From Flavobacteriales bacterium (GTDB taxonomy: Bacteria > Bacteroidota > Bacteroidia > Flavobacteriales > Flavobacteriaceae), in the NCBI GenBank assembly GCA_038215845.1, contig JBBQQN010000001.1, positions 451 to 64,450 on the forward strand: a stretch of DNA of 64,000 nucleotides, given 5' to 3'. Below the pieces are notes generated by a model. It did no database searches and had not been told where the DNA came from. It saw only the letters and a list, made by a program, of their open reading frames with translations. How positions within the stretch are numbered: the stretch's first letter is position 1; each line of letters begins with the position of its first letter. Below, in pieces: positions 18,974-28,650 of the stretch. A program made the position numbers and the translations under genes.

Positions 18974-20750
18974 ATAGATATTTTAAAAGGGTTTCCTTTA
19001 TTTTTTCTGAAGAGATTCCAGAAAGCTCTTTAAGTTCCTGAATACTTCCATGTTCGGGGAAAATATCCTGAACTCCTAATATTTCAATTTCATTCGTATA
19101 ATGGTGCTTTACGGCAAATGACGCTACGGTAGAGCCCAATCCACCTATAACGGTTCCATCTTCTACGGTAATTACAGTTTTGTATTTTTGGAAAATGTGG
19201 TAAAGCATTGCTTCGTCAATGGGTTTTAAAAATCTTACATCTACCCAGCCCAATTTTTCTTTTTCCATTTCAGAAAGCATTTCAAACGCGTCGAGAAAAT
19301 CTTCCGATACGGTCCCTATCGTTAAAACGGCAATTTCGGAACCTTCTTTTAAAACGTGGGCCTTTCCGATTTCAATTTCAGAAAAGGGTTTTTCCCAATC
19401 CATAATTTTACCCCTTCCGCGGGGATAACGAATAAATATGGGCAGCGCCAATCCTTTTTGTGCGGTGTACATAATATTGTGCAGCTCAATTTCATTGCGG
19501 GGAGCAAATATGATGAGGTTCGGAATGCAGTTTAAATAAGCCAAATCGAAAATCCCGTGGTGGGTAGCGCCGTCTTCTCCTACTATTCCCGCCCTGTCCA
19601 AACAAAATATTATTGGTAATTTTTGTAAACATACATCATGAATAACTTGATCATAAGCGCGTTGGAGGAAAGTGGAATATATATTGCAAAAAACAACAAA
19701 ACCCTGGGTTGCCAAACCGGCTGAAAAGGTTACTGCGTGTTGTTCGGCAATACCAACATCAAAGGCTCGGTCGGGAAATGTGTCCATCATCAATTTTAAT
19801 GAACTGCCCGTGGGCATGGCGGGTGTAATGCCTATAATTTTTTCGTTTTTTGAAGCCAATTCCACAATGGTCTTGCCAAATACGTCCTGAAATTTTGGAG
19901 GCAGTTTTTCATCACTTTTCGGAGCAAGATTTCCGGTGAGGGCATTAAATTTTCCGGGAGCGTGATATACTACTTGATTGTCTTCCGCTTGTTTTAAGCC
20001 TTTCCCTTTTTTTGTGATAACGTGGAGAAGCTTCGGTCCTTTCACAGTCTTTAATCGCTCCAGTTCAGAAATTAAGATATCTATGTCGTGTCCATCCACG
20101 GGGCCCGAATAATCGAAATTCAAAGCTTCAAAAATAGTATCAGTATCCGGCGCTCTGTCCAGTTTCACTTTGGTAAAGTAATTTTTTAAAGCGCCCACAC
20201 TTGGGTCAATGCCAATGGCATTGTCATTTAATATTACAAGTAGGTTTGTGTCGGTAACTCCGGCATGATTTAAAGCTTCAAAAGCCATTCCGCTGGCAAT
20301 ACTGGCATCGCCCACTATGGCTACATGCTGTTTTTCAAATTCCCCTTTTAACTGAGATGCGATTGCCATTCCAAGAGCTGCGGAAATTGCTGTGCTACTG
20401 TGGCCTACACCAAAAGTGTCGTAAATACTTTCACTTATTTTCGGAAAACCGCTTATGCCTCCAAGCTGTCTATTGGTCGAAAAAATTTCCCTTCGGCCCG
20501 TAAGTATTTTATGACCATAAGCTTGGTGGCCAACGTCCCAAACCAAAATATCGTCGGGCGTATTGAAAACATAGTGCAGTGCAATTGTCAATTCAATTAC
20601 TCCAAGGCTGGCGCCCAGATGCCCCTCTTTTACGGCAACTATATTTATTATAAAATCCCGTAGCTCCTGTGCTAACTGGGGTAATTGTTTCTGTGGTATT
20701 TTCCGAAGGTCATCTGGAAATTGAACCGTATTTAAAAGATTTTTTGACAC
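18972..20750 (-). CDS. dxs: 1-deoxy-D-xylulose-5-phosphate synthase
   Basis: 592 aa with a GHLGASLG, GHQAYGHKILTGRR and GDASIASGMAFEALN TPP-binding pattern. GTG start. Confidence 0.95.
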   Translation of the reverse strand: MSKNLLNTVQFPDDLRKIPQKQLPQLAQELRDFIINIVAVKEGHLGASLGVIELTIALHYVFNTPDDILVWDVGHQAYGHKILTGRREIFSTNRQLGGISGFPKISESIYDTFGVGHSSTAISAALGMAIASQLKGEFEKQHVAIVGDASIASGMAFEALNHAGVTDTNLLVILNDNAIGIDPSVGALKNYFTKVKLDRAPDTDTIFEALNFDYSGPVDGHDIDILISELERLKTVKGPKLLHVITKKGKGLKQAEDNQVVYHAPGKFNALTGNLAPKSDEKLPPKFQDVFGKTIVELASKNEKIIGITPAMPTGSSLKLMMDTFPDRAFDVGIAEQHAVTFSAGLATQGFVVFCNIYSTFLQRAYDQVIHDVCLQKLPIIFCLDRAGIVGEDGATHHGIFDLAYLNCIPNLIIFAPRNEIELHNIMYTAQKGLALPIFIRYPRGRGKIMDWEKPFSEIEIGKAHVLKEGSEIAVLTIGTVSEDFLDAFEMLSEMEKEKLGWVDVRFLKPIDEAMLYHIFQKYKTVITVEDGTVIGGLGSTVASFAVKHHYTNEIEILGVQDIFPEHGSIQELKELSGISSEKIKETLLKYL

Positions 20751-20772
20751 AAGGCAAAGATACGTTTATTGG

Positions 20773-20820
20773 GAATTTGTTAATTGGTGAATTCGTTAAT
20801 TTGTTAATTTGTTAATTCGT
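20773..20820. repeat. Tandem 8-bp repeat AATTNGTT x6
   Basis: aatttgtt aattggtg aattcgtt aatttgtt aatttgtt aattcgta, in the dxs/tadA divergent intergenic region. Confidence 0.9.
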
Positions 20821-20826
20821 AGTTTT

Positions 20827-20885
20827 GAACACTGAACACTGAACACTGAACACTGAACACTGAACACTGAACACTGAACACTGAA
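20827..20885. repeat. Perfect tandem 7-bp repeat GAACACT x8 (plus a partial GAA)
   Basis: Read directly from the sequence. The repeat ends 1 nt before the tadA ATG at 20887. Confidence 0.95.
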
Positions 20886-20886
20886 A

Positions 20887-21336
20887 ATGATAGATCCTTT
20901 TGATGATACGTATTTTATGAAACGGGCGCTGCAAGAAGCAGAAGCGGCCTATGAAAAAGGAGAAGTTCCTATTGGAGCGGTCATCGTTATCAACAATCAA
21001 ATAATTGCACGGTCGCACAATCTTACCGAAACCCTGAACGATGTAACAGCGCACGCCGAAATGCAGGCCATTACTGCGGCGGCGAACTATTTAGGAGGAA
21101 AATATTTAATAGATTGCACACTCTATGTAACCATAGAACCTTGCCAAATGTGTGCAGGAGCTTTATTTTGGAGTCAGATTTCGAATATAGTTTATGGGGC
21201 AAGGGATGAACAGCGTGGTTGTATTTCACTTAACACAAAATTGCATCCCAAAACAAAAATGACTGGGGGAATTCTGGCAGAAGAGGCATCGCAATTATTG
21301 AAGCGATTTTTTATTGAAAAAAGAAATTTAAATTAA
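20887..21336 (+). CDS. tadA: tRNA adenosine(34) deaminase
   Basis: 149 aa with HAEMQAI and PCQMCAG zinc-binding deaminase motifs. Confidence 0.9.
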   Translation: MIDPFDDTYFMKRALQEAEAAYEKGEVPIGAVIVINNQIIARSHNLTETLNDVTAHAEMQAITAAANYLGGKYLIDCTLYVTIEPCQMCAGALFWSQISNIVYGARDEQRGCISLNTKLHPKTKMTGGILAEEASQLLKRFFIEKRNLN

Positions 21337-21341
21337 AATAA

Positions 21342-21366
21342 AAAGCCTTTCAGGTAGAAAGGCTTT
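21342..21366. terminator. Bidirectional terminator (tadA / cold-shock-like ORF)
   Basis: aaagcctttc aggta gaaaggcttt hairpin. Confidence 0.55.
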
Positions 21367-21388
21367 AACAAATCGATATAGTTTATCC

Positions 21389-21598
21389 TTAGTCATGAAT
21401 CTTGCGCACTTGGGCCGCAACACTTCCTTTTCGACCTTCTTCTTCAATATATTCTACTTTGTCACCTTCGTTTAGGGCCTTGCCATTTAAGCCGGTAACA
21501 TGCACAGAAATGTCTTTCCCAGTTTCATCATTTGTAATAAAACCAAAACCTTTGGATTCGTTAAAATTTTTTTCGAAAATGGCTCCTATTATATTTTT
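21389..21598 (-). CDS. Cold-shock-domain ORF without a canonical start codon (stop-to-stop frame; absent from the ORF track)
   Basis: My hand translation is KNIIGAIFEKNFNESKGFGFITNDETGKDISVHVTGLNGKALNEGDKVEYIEEEGRKGSVAAQVRKIHD*. The RNP1 motif KGFGFI and the RNP2-like VHV are present. The only possible start codons upstream of RNP1 are ATA and ATT. Confidence 0.5.
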   Translation of the reverse strand, partial: KNIIGAIFEKNFNESKGFGFITNDETGKDISVHVTGLNGKALNEGDKVEYIEEEGRKGSVAAQVRKIHD

Positions 21599-21834
21599 TT
21601 ATCTTTTTGGTAATCCTGCATTTTTTGTATGTTTTCCTTGTTCAACATATAGTCCTTCACGCTTTTATCTTTCCATCTATGATATATAAACAAGGGCATA
21701 ACCACAAAAAATCCACCCATTAATGAAAGACCTATAATTAAATTTCCAGTGGCTTCATCATCGGTTTTTAAATAGAATCCTACGCCCAAACCAATGAGTA
21801 CTGATATGAACAATATGGAGAGAATGTATTTCAT
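21589..21834 (-). CDS. Small two-TM membrane protein
   Basis: 81 aa with two hydrophobic helices and a Lys-rich tail. Its stop codon lies inside the open frame of the cold-shock-like ORF. Confidence 0.5.
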   Translation of the reverse strand: MKYILSILFISVLIGLGVGFYLKTDDEATGNLIIGLSLMGGFFVVMPLFIYHRWKDKSVKDYMLNKENIQKMQDYQKDKKI

Positions 21835-21885
21835 TGAGTATTTTTATTAGCTTTTTTGTCCAGCGTTTGTCATTTTACTGCGTTC

Positions 21886-23682
21886 TTATTTCCCAGAAAA
21901 ATCGATTAATTTTCTACGGTAGGCGGTAAGCAATTTTGATTTTGAAACAAATCCATAATAAACGCCATCTTTTAGAACGGGCAAATTCCATGCGCCCGTA
22001 TCCTGAAATTTTTTCATCACTTCCGTCATTTTATCTTGGTTCAGGTCAATGGTGTCGGGCGGACTGTGCATTAATTCGCTTGCTTTTACTTCTTTGTATA
22101 GTGTCTGGTCGAACATCACTGGCCGTAAATCGTCCAAAAGTATTATTCCCTCTAATTCCCTTGTTTTTTTATTGAGGACTGGAAAAATATTTCTTTTGGA
22201 TTTTATGATTGCACTGTTGACGATTTCTCCTAGGCTCATACTTGGAAAGATGCTCACAAAATCCTGTTCAATAACGGTACCTATATCCATCAGCGTAAGT
22301 ACCGCATGATCCTTATCATGTGTAATGAGGTCGCCTTTTCGGCCCAATTCCATCGTATAAACGGAATGGGGTATAAAATATTTGGTCAACGAAAAGGAAA
22401 TGGCTGCGGTGACCATTAAAGGGATGAATAGTTCGTAACCGCCGGTAACTTCAGCAATAAGAAAGATTGCAGTCAAGGGTGCATGTAATACTCCGGCCAT
22501 AAGTCCCGTCATTCCTACTAAGGTGAAATTACTTTCTGAAATAGGTGTGGAAAGGATGCCGATGTTATTCAAAATTTTCGCAAAACAGTTACCCATAATG
22601 CTTCCCATAAATAGGGTAGGAGCAAAAATACCACCTACACCACCAGCGCCAAAGGTAAGTGCACTGGCTATAATCTTAAAAATTATTAATCCACCCATAA
22701 GTGCTATAACCACCCAAATACTGGAAAGATCCAAGTCGAAAAAATTGTTTTCCAAGGCAGCTTTGGGGTTGCCTTGTACCAGATTGTTGATCACGTCAAA
22801 TCCTTCCCCATAAAGAGGGGGTATAAAATAGACTATGACGCCTAAACCAATTCCACCAATTAATAATCGCTTTATGGGGGATCCTATTTTTTCAAAGAAA
22901 TCCTGAATATAAGCGTACATTTTTGTGTAATAGATGGACACCATTGATGCCACTAACCCCAATAAAATATAGAAAGGAATATCATTAATTACGAATTTGT
23001 CTGCTATTTTAAAGGGGAGCAAAACATCCGTACCCAGAAAGAAATACGAAGTAGTAATAGCAGAAATGGAAGCCAATAACAACGGAACCATTGAAGCCAA
23101 GGTAAGGTCCAAACTAAAAACTTCCACAGCAAAAATAATGGCAGCGATTGGGGCTTTAAAAATGGCCGACATAGCTCCAGCTCCCGCACAACCTATAAGC
23201 AAGGTGCGCGTAGCCTGGTTCATGTGGAAAACACGCGAAAGGTTTGAGCTTATGGCCGCGCCAGTTGCCACCGTAGGTCCTTCCAGTCCTACCGAACCTC
23301 CAAATCCTACCGTAATAGGTGCTGCAATGATGCTACCAAACATTTGGAAAGGACGCATAAAGCCTTTGCGTTTGGAAATTGCATAAAGTGTGGATGGAAT
23401 CCCGTGACTCACTTTATTTCTTATTACATACCGCATGGCCAAATACGCCAATGTAAGCCCAATAATGGGAAAAATAAAATAGAAGGCCGTATGGTAATCT
23501 GCAATTAGTTTACCTTCCAGTAAATGCTGGATGAGGTGGGTAAGGTTTTTTAAGATTACTGCGCCCATTCCGGCCAATAGACCGATCACAATACTCAAAA
23601 GGAGCACAAACTGTCTATTTGAGATGTGTTTTATTCTCCAAATTAAGAAACGGGTGAGCAGTGTACGTTTTTGTTTAGGCAT
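21886..23682 (-). CDS. ClC-family chloride channel / H+-Cl- antiporter with C-terminal CBS domains
   Basis: GSVGLEGP and GIFAP selectivity motifs are present, with a CBS pair at the C-terminus. The start at 23682 (MPKQKRT) is preferred because the 23709 start overlaps the aspS terminator hairpin. Confidence 0.9.
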   Translation of the reverse strand: MPKQKRTLLTRFLIWRIKHISNRQFVLLLSIVIGLLAGMGAVILKNLTHLIQHLLEGKLIADYHTAFYFIFPIIGLTLAYLAMRYVIRNKVSHGIPSTLYAISKRKGFMRPFQMFGSIIAAPITVGFGGSVGLEGPTVATGAAISSNLSRVFHMNQATRTLLIGCAGAGAMSAIFKAPIAAIIFAVEVFSLDLTLASMVPLLLASISAITTSYFFLGTDVLLPFKIADKFVINDIPFYILLGLVASMVSIYYTKMYAYIQDFFEKIGSPIKRLLIGGIGLGVIVYFIPPLYGEGFDVINNLVQGNPKAALENNFFDLDLSSIWVVIALMGGLIIFKIIASALTFGAGGVGGIFAPTLFMGSIMGNCFAKILNNIGILSTPISESNFTLVGMTGLMAGVLHAPLTAIFLIAEVTGGYELFIPLMVTAAISFSLTKYFIPHSVYTMELGRKGDLITHDKDHAVLTLMDIGTVIEQDFVSIFPSMSLGEIVNSAIIKSKRNIFPVLNKKTRELEGIILLDDLRPVMFDQTLYKEVKASELMHSPPDTIDLNQDKMTEVMKKFQDTGAWNLPVLKDGVYYGFVSKSKLLTAYRRKLIDFSGK

Positions 23683-23695
23683 ATTTAAAGCTATC

Positions 23696-23723
23696 AAAAA
23701 ATCCTGCAATTGCAGGATTTTTT
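23696..23723 (-). terminator. Terminator after aspS
   Basis: aaaaaatcctgcaattgcaggatttttttt palindrome immediately after the aspS stop codon. Confidence 0.5.
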
Positions 23724-25478
23724 TTATTGTTTTATATCAATTTGTAAATGAAGTTCTTCTAATTGTTTAGCATCAATAGGTGCAGGGGCATCGATCATTA
23801 CATCTCGGCCAGAATTGTTTTTGGGGAAGGCGATAAAATCGCGAATGGTTTCCTGTCCTCCCAAAATTGCGACCAGTCTATCCAATCCGAAAGCGATGCC
23901 TCCGTGAGGTGGCGCCCCGTATTGAAAAGCGTCCATTAAAAACCCAAACTGCGCTTTTGCTTCTTCAGGCGTAAAGCCCAAATAGTCGAACATTAATGCT
24001 TGTGTTTTTTTATCGTGAATACGAATGGAACCACCGCCAATTTCATTTCCGTTCAAAACCAAATCATATGCGTTGGCTTTTACTTCGCCCGGATTGGTAT
24101 CCAATAATTCCAGTTGTCCCGGTTTGGGGGAAGTGAACGGGTGGTGCATGGCGTGGTAACGGTTTGTTTGCTCGTCCCATTCCAAAAGTGGAAAATCTAC
24201 CACCCATAGCGGAGCGAATTCGTTGTTTTTGCGTAAACCTAGTTGTTCTGCCATCTGCATACGCAACGCACTCAACTGTGTTCTTGCTTTGTTTTTTGCC
24301 CCTGAAAGTACACAAATAAGGTCGCCCGGTCTTGCACCGGTAACTTCTGCCCATTTTGCCAAATCTTCTTCACTGTAAAATTTATCTACGGAAGATTTAT
24401 AGGTTCCGTCTTCGTTACAGCGTACGTAAACCATTCCAGACGCACCAATCTGTGGGCGTTTTAGCCAATCAATTAATTTATCTATTTCTTTTCGGGTGAA
24501 AGTATTTCCCCCGGGAACAGCTATTCCCACAACTAATTCAGCTTGGTTAAAAACGTTGAAATCCTTGTGTTGTGCCACTTCATTCAATTCGCCAAATTCC
24601 ATTCCAAAGCGAATATCCGGTTTGTCGTTTCCGTAACGTTGCATCGCTTCATCATAGGTCATTCTCGGAAATTCGGAAATTTCAACGCCGTTTATTTCTT
24701 TCAGTAAATGTTTTGTCAAACCTTCAAAGGCATTCAGAATATCTTCTTGCTCAACGAAAGCCATTTCACAGTCAATCTGTGTGAATTCCGGTTGGCGGTC
24801 TGCCCGCAAATCTTCATCGCGGAAGCATTTTACTATTTGGAAATATTTGTCTAAACCTCCCACCATCAACAATTGCTTGAAAGTTTGAGGTGATTGTGGA
24901 AGAGCATAAAACTGGCCTTCGTTCATTCGGGAAGGTACCACGAAATCGCGCGCACCTTCGGGCGTTGATTTTATTAAATATGGAGTTTCCACTTCAATAA
25001 ATCCTTCTTTTGAAAGATAATTACGAACCGCCATAGCAACTTTTGAACGAAATATAAGATTTTCGCGCACTGGTTTTCTGCGGATATCCAAATAACGATA
25101 TTTCATCCTTAAATCCTCACCGCCATCAGTTTCGTCTTCAATGGTGAAAGGTGGGGTTAAAGATTCATTTAAAATTAGTAATTCCGACACCAAAATTTCC
25201 ACATCGCCAGTTGGCATATTTGGATTTTTGGATTCGCGTTCGATAACGGTTCCCTTTACTTGGACCACAAATTCGCGGCCAAGCTTTGTTGCTTTCTCGA
25301 TTACTTCTTTTGAAGTTCTTTCTTCATCAAAAATAAGTTGTGTGATGCCATAGCGGTCGCGAAGATCCACCCAGATCATAAAGCCCTTGTTGCGTGTTTT
25401 TTGCACCCATCCTGAAAGGGTGACTTCTTTATTGATATCTGCGGCACGAAGTTGGCCGTTATTGTGCGTTCTGTACAT
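23724..25478 (-). CDS. aspS: Aspartate--tRNA ligase
   Basis: 584 aa with an N-terminal OB fold. Class II motifs [18 protein letters not shown] and [10 protein letters not shown] are present. Confidence 0.95.
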   Translation of the reverse strand: MYRTHNNGQLRAADINKEVTLSGWVQKTRNKGFMIWVDLRDRYGITQLIFDEERTSKEVIEKATKLGREFVVQVKGTVIERESKNPNMPTGDVEILVSELLILNESLTPPFTIEDETDGGEDLRMKYRYLDIRRKPVRENLIFRSKVAMAVRNYLSKEGFIEVETPYLIKSTPEGARDFVVPSRMNEGQFYALPQSPQTFKQLLMVGGLDKYFQIVKCFRDEDLRADRQPEFTQIDCEMAFVEQEDILNAFEGLTKHLLKEINGVEISEFPRMTYDEAMQRYGNDKPDIRFGMEFGELNEVAQHKDFNVFNQAELVVGIAVPGGNTFTRKEIDKLIDWLKRPQIGASGMVYVRCNEDGTYKSSVDKFYSEEDLAKWAEVTGARPGDLICVLSGAKNKARTQLSALRMQMAEQLGLRKNNEFAPLWVVDFPLLEWDEQTNRYHAMHHPFTSPKPGQLELLDTNPGEVKANAYDLVLNGNEIGGGSIRIHDKKTQALMFDYLGFTPEEAKAQFGFLMDAFQYGAPPHGGIAFGLDRLVAILGGQETIRDFIAFPKNNSGRDVMIDAPAPIDAKQLEELHLQIDIKQ

Positions 25479-25675
25479 TTTCGTCTGAAAAAATTAGAAG
25501 GTGCAAATTTATAAAGATAAAAGGGGATTCTATCGTTTTTTTTGACTGAATGCATAAATCAACGTTAATTCAATAAATAAATTTATTGGTAAAGATAAAC
25601 ACCGATAAAATCACAAATAATATATATAATTATTAAAAAATTAACATTAATTTAGGGTAATAATTAAAAAACCTT

Positions 25676-28648
25676 ATGATTATGAAACAAAACAACCTTA
25701 AGCTTAGGAAACTCCTGTTGTTATTTTTTATTTTCCCTTATTTGGTAATTTCACAAACCTCTTTATCTGGAAAGGTAATAGATAAAAATGGCATCACAGT
25801 TCCCTTTGCAAACGTAATTGAAAAAGGTACCACCAATGGTACCACAACGGATGAGAATGGTAATTTCACCCTTGAAGTTGCCGCGCTACCTATTATTCTA
25901 GAATTCTCTTCCCTGGGGTATGAGAAACTGGAACTTAGCGTGATAAATAGAACCCCTATTTCTGTTACCTTGCAGGAATCTGCTGAATCACTGGAAGAAG
26001 TAGTGGTAACTGGGTTGGCTACCTCTGGAAAGCGTTCCAATTCGGCGAATGCTGTGGCCACCATTTCCGCTGAAGAAATAACGGGAACTACCCCGCCACC
26101 TACCCTCGATGGCGCACTCTATGGCAAATTTGCTGGAGCGGTCATCAATGCAAACTCAGGCGCACCAGGAGGTGGCTTGTCTGTTAAACTAAGAGGAGCA
26201 ACCTCAATTTTCGGGAATACAGAACCGTTATATATAATCGATGGGGTTTACGTTGACAACTCATCCATCGCAGCAGGGCTCAATGTGGTCTCGGCGGCGG
26301 CCGGACAGGGCAGTGTTGCCAACCAGGATAACCCTTCAAACCGTATTGCGGATATAAACCCCGAGGATATTGCCAATATTGAAATACTAAAAGGTGCTTC
26401 CGCCGCGGCCATTTATGGTTCGAGGGCAGCTGCAGGGGTGGTATTGATTACGACTAAAAAAGGGAAGGCTGGAGCCACAAAATTCCGATTCTCTCAATCA
26501 ACGGGATGGACCGAAGCTTTAAATTTACTGGGTGTACGGGATTATACGGAAGCACGAGTATTGGACGGTTTTGGTGAAAATGCCCTAGCTGCTTATATTG
26601 AAGCTAAAAACAATGGCCGGTTGGTTAATTATGAAGATGAGCTATTTGGTGAACATGGCATCATTAGCATTACCAATTTTACTATGAGCGGTGGCGGTGA
26701 AAAGACAAAATTTTACGCAGGTATTACACATAATAACGAAAATGGAATTGTGAAAAATACTGGTTACGAAAAAACCTCACTTCGGTTAAATCTTGAAAAC
26801 CAGCCAGCAGATTTCTTTAGGGTTAACCTGAACACAAATTATATCTATTCTTCCTCAGATAGGGGATATTTCAATAATGATAACACCGGCACATCCATCG
26901 GGGTGGCCCTCACGGGTACAACGCCTTGGTTGCAATTATTTCCCAATGGAGATGGCGTATATCCCGATAATCCCGCTGGATCATCAAATATTCTGCAAAC
27001 CCGGGATCTTATTACCAATAATGAAAAAGTAAATAGGGTAATTCTTGGAGGTACAGCCAATCTGGACATCTATAAATCGGAAAATTCTGGCCTCGAATTA
27101 ATTTTGAGAGGCGGTTTGGATTTTTATTCATTAAAGACCGTTGCCCTTTTCCCTAAGGAGCTGCAGTTTGAAAAACCTTCGAACGGTGGGGTAAATGGAG
27201 TATCGGTACAAGGCCTGGTCCAGAACAAAAATTATAACCTATCCGCTTTTTTGGTGCATAATTTTAATACTGCAAATAATATCAACTTCACTACTCAGGC
27301 AGGGTTAACGCGTGAAAATTTTGACTTGGATGGTCAATTAACAACTGCCACTGGACTTGTGGCTTCAGAATCCAACGTTGACCAAGCCGCAAATGTGGGG
27401 GTAAATCAGACCCGATTCAAACAAGAAGACTCCGGATTTTTTGTACAGGAAGAGGTAAATTTCAATGATTTAGCCATTGCAACATTAGGTGTTCGGGGCG
27501 ATAAGTCATCGAATAATGGGGATGCCAACAAGCTCTTCTATTTTCCAAAAGCCTCCTTGGCCATAAACATAAATGAATTTGGTTTTTGGGGCCCAACTAC
27601 TAATTGGAGTCAATTTAAACTACGTGCTGCGTATGGTGAAGCTGGTAACTTTCCACCAGCAAATGCACTTTTTACATCTTATAACGCCTTTTCTACAGAT
27701 GGGATTTTGGGGATTAGCTTAATTGGCATTAAAGGAGATCCCAATTTAAAATCCGAACGTCAAAAAGAGTTTGAGTTTGGTACCGACATAGGATTTTTTA
27801 GCGGGAGGATCAGTTTTTCAGGCACTTATTATAAAAAATCGGTGGAAGATTTGATCTTACAGGCAGCATTAGAGCCTTCCTCGGGTTTTACTACTCAATT
27901 TGTAAATGCAGGGAGTCTGGAAAACCGTGGATTGGAACTTTCTCTTAATCTCGTTCCCTTTAAAAGTGATAATTTTCAATGGGAACTCGGAGTCAATTAC
28001 TTCAAGAACAAGTCTGAAATTACCGAATTGAATGTTGATCCATTCAATATAGGGGCTTTTGGTGCTTCTTTGGGGACCTTTAGGATTGAAGAAGGTGAAA
28101 GCGCTACCCAAATAGTGGGTGTTACTCCAGATGGCATTCAAAAATTGGGTGATGCAGAACCAGATTTTCAAATGTCTTTTAGTAACAATATAAGGTATAA
28201 AAATTTGGAGCTTTCCTTTTTGTGGCAATGGAAAAAAGGAGGGGACAACGTAAACCTTACCACTTTGCTATCTGACCTGAATGGTACAAGCCATGATTAT
28301 GACGATTTTGGGGAAGATCCAACCGGGACATTGCCCAATGGCCCATACAGAACAGGTCAATTAGGCTCCAACGCAGCGCCTTTTGTACAGGATGCATCTT
28401 ATGTTAAATTAAGAGAGGTCGGGCTTTATTATACTTTCACAGGTAAAACATTGTCTAATGTTCTTGGAGGTGCAATTGAGTCTGTAAAAATAGGTGCTTC
28501 GGGAACAAATCTACTCAGCTTTTTTGATTATAACAGTTATGACCCAGAAGTTTCCAATTTTGGTGGAAATAGCATCTTTACAGGTGTTGACGTAACCCCT
28601 TTCCCTTCATCGAAAAGGTATTTATTCAATTTTATAGTTAACTTTTAA
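25676..28648 (+). CDS. SusC/RagA-family TonB-linked outer-membrane protein
   Basis: 990 aa with a CarbopepD_reg domain, a plug carrying IEILKGASAAAIYGSRAAAGVVLITTKKG, and a C-terminal ...FNFIVNF. No STN domain. Confidence 0.9.
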   Translation: MIMKQNNLKLRKLLLLFFIFPYLVISQTSLSGKVIDKNGITVPFANVIEKGTTNGTTTDENGNFTLEVAALPIILEFSSLGYEKLELSVINRTPISVTLQESAESLEEVVVTGLATSGKRSNSANAVATISAEEITGTTPPPTLDGALYGKFAGAVINANSGAPGGGLSVKLRGATSIFGNTEPLYIIDGVYVDNSSIAAGLNVVSAAAGQGSVANQDNPSNRIADINPEDIANIEILKGASAAAIYGSRAAAGVVLITTKKGKAGATKFRFSQSTGWTEALNLLGVRDYTEARVLDGFGENALAAYIEAKNNGRLVNYEDELFGEHGIISITNFTMSGGGEKTKFYAGITHNNENGIVKNTGYEKTSLRLNLENQPADFFRVNLNTNYIYSSSDRGYFNNDNTGTSIGVALTGTTPWLQLFPNGDGVYPDNPAGSSNILQTRDLITNNEKVNRVILGGTANLDIYKSENSGLELILRGGLDFYSLKTVALFPKELQFEKPSNGGVNGVSVQGLVQNKNYNLSAFLVHNFNTANNINFTTQAGLTRENFDLDGQLTTATGLVASESNVDQAANVGVNQTRFKQEDSGFFVQEEVNFNDLAIATLGVRGDKSSNNGDANKLFYFPKASLAININEFGFWGPTTNWSQFKLRAAYGEAGNFPPANALFTSYNAFSTDGILGISLIGIKGDPNLKSERQKEFEFGTDIGFFSGRISFSGTYYKKSVEDLILQAALEPSSGFTTQFVNAGSLENRGLELSLNLVPFKSDNFQWELGVNYFKNKSEITELNVDPFNIGAFGASLGTFRIEEGESATQIVGVTPDGIQKLGDAEPDFQMSFSNNIRYKNLELSFLWQWKKGGDNVNLTTLLSDLNGTSHDYDDFGEDPTGTLPNGPYRTGQLGSNAAPFVQDASYVKLREVGLYYTFTGKTLSNVLGGAIESVKIGASGTNLLSFFDYNSYDPEVSNFGGNSIFTGVDVTPFPSSKRYLFNFIVNF

Positions 28649-28650
28649 TA

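Noticed and set aside
20773-20885. I considered whether the short tandem repeats could be a CRISPR array, or Pho boxes because the units contain TTAACA.
   Set aside because: The units are 7-8 bp with no spacers, so this is not a CRISPR array. The TTAACA copies recur every 8 bp, not in the 11-bp phase seen at the PiT, porin and TBDR promoters.
20812-21054. An 80-aa minus-strand ORF ending in CSVFSVQCSVFSVQCSVF.
   Set aside because: The repetitive peptide is just the translation of the GAACACT heptamer array. The rest is antisense to tadA. The repeat is treated as a DNA-level feature instead.
21402-21689. A 95-aa plus-strand ORF in the tadA-downstream region.
   Set aside because: It is antisense to the clear cold-shock-domain frame and to the small membrane ORF. 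The sequence is proline/serine/phenylalanine-rich with no motif.
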